Program-made: the position numbers and the translations under genes
The notes under the pieces: generated by a model
Seen by the model: the letters and a program-made list of their open reading frames with translations, nothing else
Told to the model about the DNA's origin: nothing
Databases searched by the model: none
In this document: positions 62,586 through 64,000 of the stretch, piece after piece
How positions within the stretch are numbered: the stretch's first letter is position 1
Layout: each line of letters starts with the position of its first letter
NCBI RefSeq assembly: GCF_006345805.1
Contig: NC_043021.1
Coordinates: forward strand, 21,018,001 to 21,082,000
Source: Octopus sinensis
Taxonomy: Eukaryota
Direction of reading: 5' to 3'
DNA length: 64,000 nucleotides

Positions 62586-62591
62586 ATTAAA
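62586..62591 (+). promoter_or_regulatory. Candidate PC polyadenylation signal (ATTAAA)
   Basis: No AATAAA seen between the stop and the next SINE. ATTAAA here is followed by a U/GU-rich tract at ~62641-62675. A second ATTAAA lies at 62275. Confidence 0.3.
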
Positions 62592-62957
62592 ATTATTTTG
62601 AAAAAATAACAAAACAAAGAAATTCACAAAATTTGCAATGCTTTTATTTTATTTTGTTTTTTTTTGGTTGTTAGTATATTTTAAGTAACATTTTCTATTT
62701 ATTATTATTATGTTTATTATTATTATTATTATTAATAATAAGTAAGTCAGTGAGCTGGTAGGATTGTTAACATGATGGGCAAAATACTTAACGGCATTTT
62801 GTCCAGCTTTACATTCTGAGTTCAAATTCTGCTGAGGTCAACTTTGCCTTTCATCCTTTTGGGGTCGATAAATTAAGTACCAGTGAAACACTGGGGTCAA
62901 TATAATCAACTTGTACCCTCCCTGAAAACTTCACGCCTTGTGCTTTTAGTAGAAAGG

Positions 62958-62992
<35 letters not shown>

Positions 62993-64000
62993 CATCATTG
63001 CTTAGTTATTATTGTCATGATAAATGATAGCAAGCTGGCAGAATCATTAGCTTGCCGGGCAAAATGCTAACAGCATTTTGTCAGCCCTATGTCCTGAGTT
63101 CAAATTCCACCAAGGTAGATTTTTTTTCCTTTCATTCTTTCCGGGTCAATAAAATAAGTACCAGTGGCGCACTGGGATAAATATAATTGACTAGCTCCCC
63201 TCCCTCAAAATTACAGGCCTTGTGCCTATAATAGAAAGTATTTTTATTATTATTGTTATTATTATTATTATTATTTCATTTCACGGGTTTCTTACATAAC
63301 TTCTCCCATTGCTCTGCCGTGTGCACATCTACATTTCTTTAGATGTGTTAGTGTTGCTGTTGTTGGTTTGTTGCTGTTGTAACCCCTACCTGTTGATTTT
63401 GAAATCATTATTGTGCTTAGAATGGCAGAACTGGTATAGCGACAACCAGCAAATGCTGCTTGCCGTATGTTAGTTACATTCATTCCTTTGCATTCTGAGT
63501 TCAAATCCCACCAAGAATTTAAAAAAAAAAAATTTTTTTATATATATATATATATAATCATTTCAGAATAAGTAAATTAAGTACCACTTCTGTTCTGGAG
63601 CCAGTTCTGCTAGAAGTGGCTGATAGAATTGTTTCACTGTTGGAAAAGACACTCTTTAGTATTAATTTCAGCTCTTCAGGTTCTGAGTTCAAATCAAGCC
63701 TGGAAAATAAAAGAGCTTTGCTCTTTTATTTTCCAGGCTTGATAAAATGAAGTACCAGTCAAGCACTGGGGTAGATAGAATTGACTAATTCTCTCCCTTC
63801 GAAATTACTGGCTTTGTGCTAAAATTAGGTTAGGTTCATTTTTAGTATTCTTGTTTGTGAGAGCAGTTGAGTTTAATTAAGATATTCTCATTTTAAAAAT
63901 CATGTCTGGCTAATCTTTGAGAAGACATTGATGTTGCCTTGACATAGCTTCTTCTTCTTCTGTTTCTTCTTCTTCTTCTTCTTCTTCTTCTTCCTTCTTC

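Overview
Eukaryotic, AT-rich, repeat-dense animal DNA. The SINE/LINE repertoire looks like Octopus (inferred from repeat recognition, not a database hit). The only protein-coding gene I can support is a complete mitochondrial pyruvate carboxylase (PC) on the + strand. It has 20 coding exons (19753-61905), all introns are GT-AG with consistent phases, and the CDS is 3585 nt (1194 aa): presequence, biotin carboxylase, carboxyltransferase and BCCP domains. The 5' non-coding exon was not located. Everything else is intronic or upstream repeat: several tRNA-derived SINE families, 3' fragments of CR1-, RTE-, Tx1/L1-, R4/Dong- and CRE-like LINEs, hAT and piggyBac-like MITEs, Penelope-like LTR fragments, palindromes and microsatellites. 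Nearly all other ORFs in the track are repeat artefacts. The best leads are: (1) a duplicated pre-miRNA-like hairpin in PC introns 2 and 3; (2) a candidate poison exon in intron 9, created by duplication of the exon-10 acceptor; (3) five minimal hammerhead-ribozyme motifs; (4) a 2-nt-loop, ~260-bp inverted LINE pair before exon 14, with a competing partner across that exon; (5) two LINE-SINE 3'-tail partnerships, one SINE forming fixed-junction multimers with a GGT target bias. All were found by eye; folding, alignment and expression data are needed to confirm them. Repeat boundaries are approximate.
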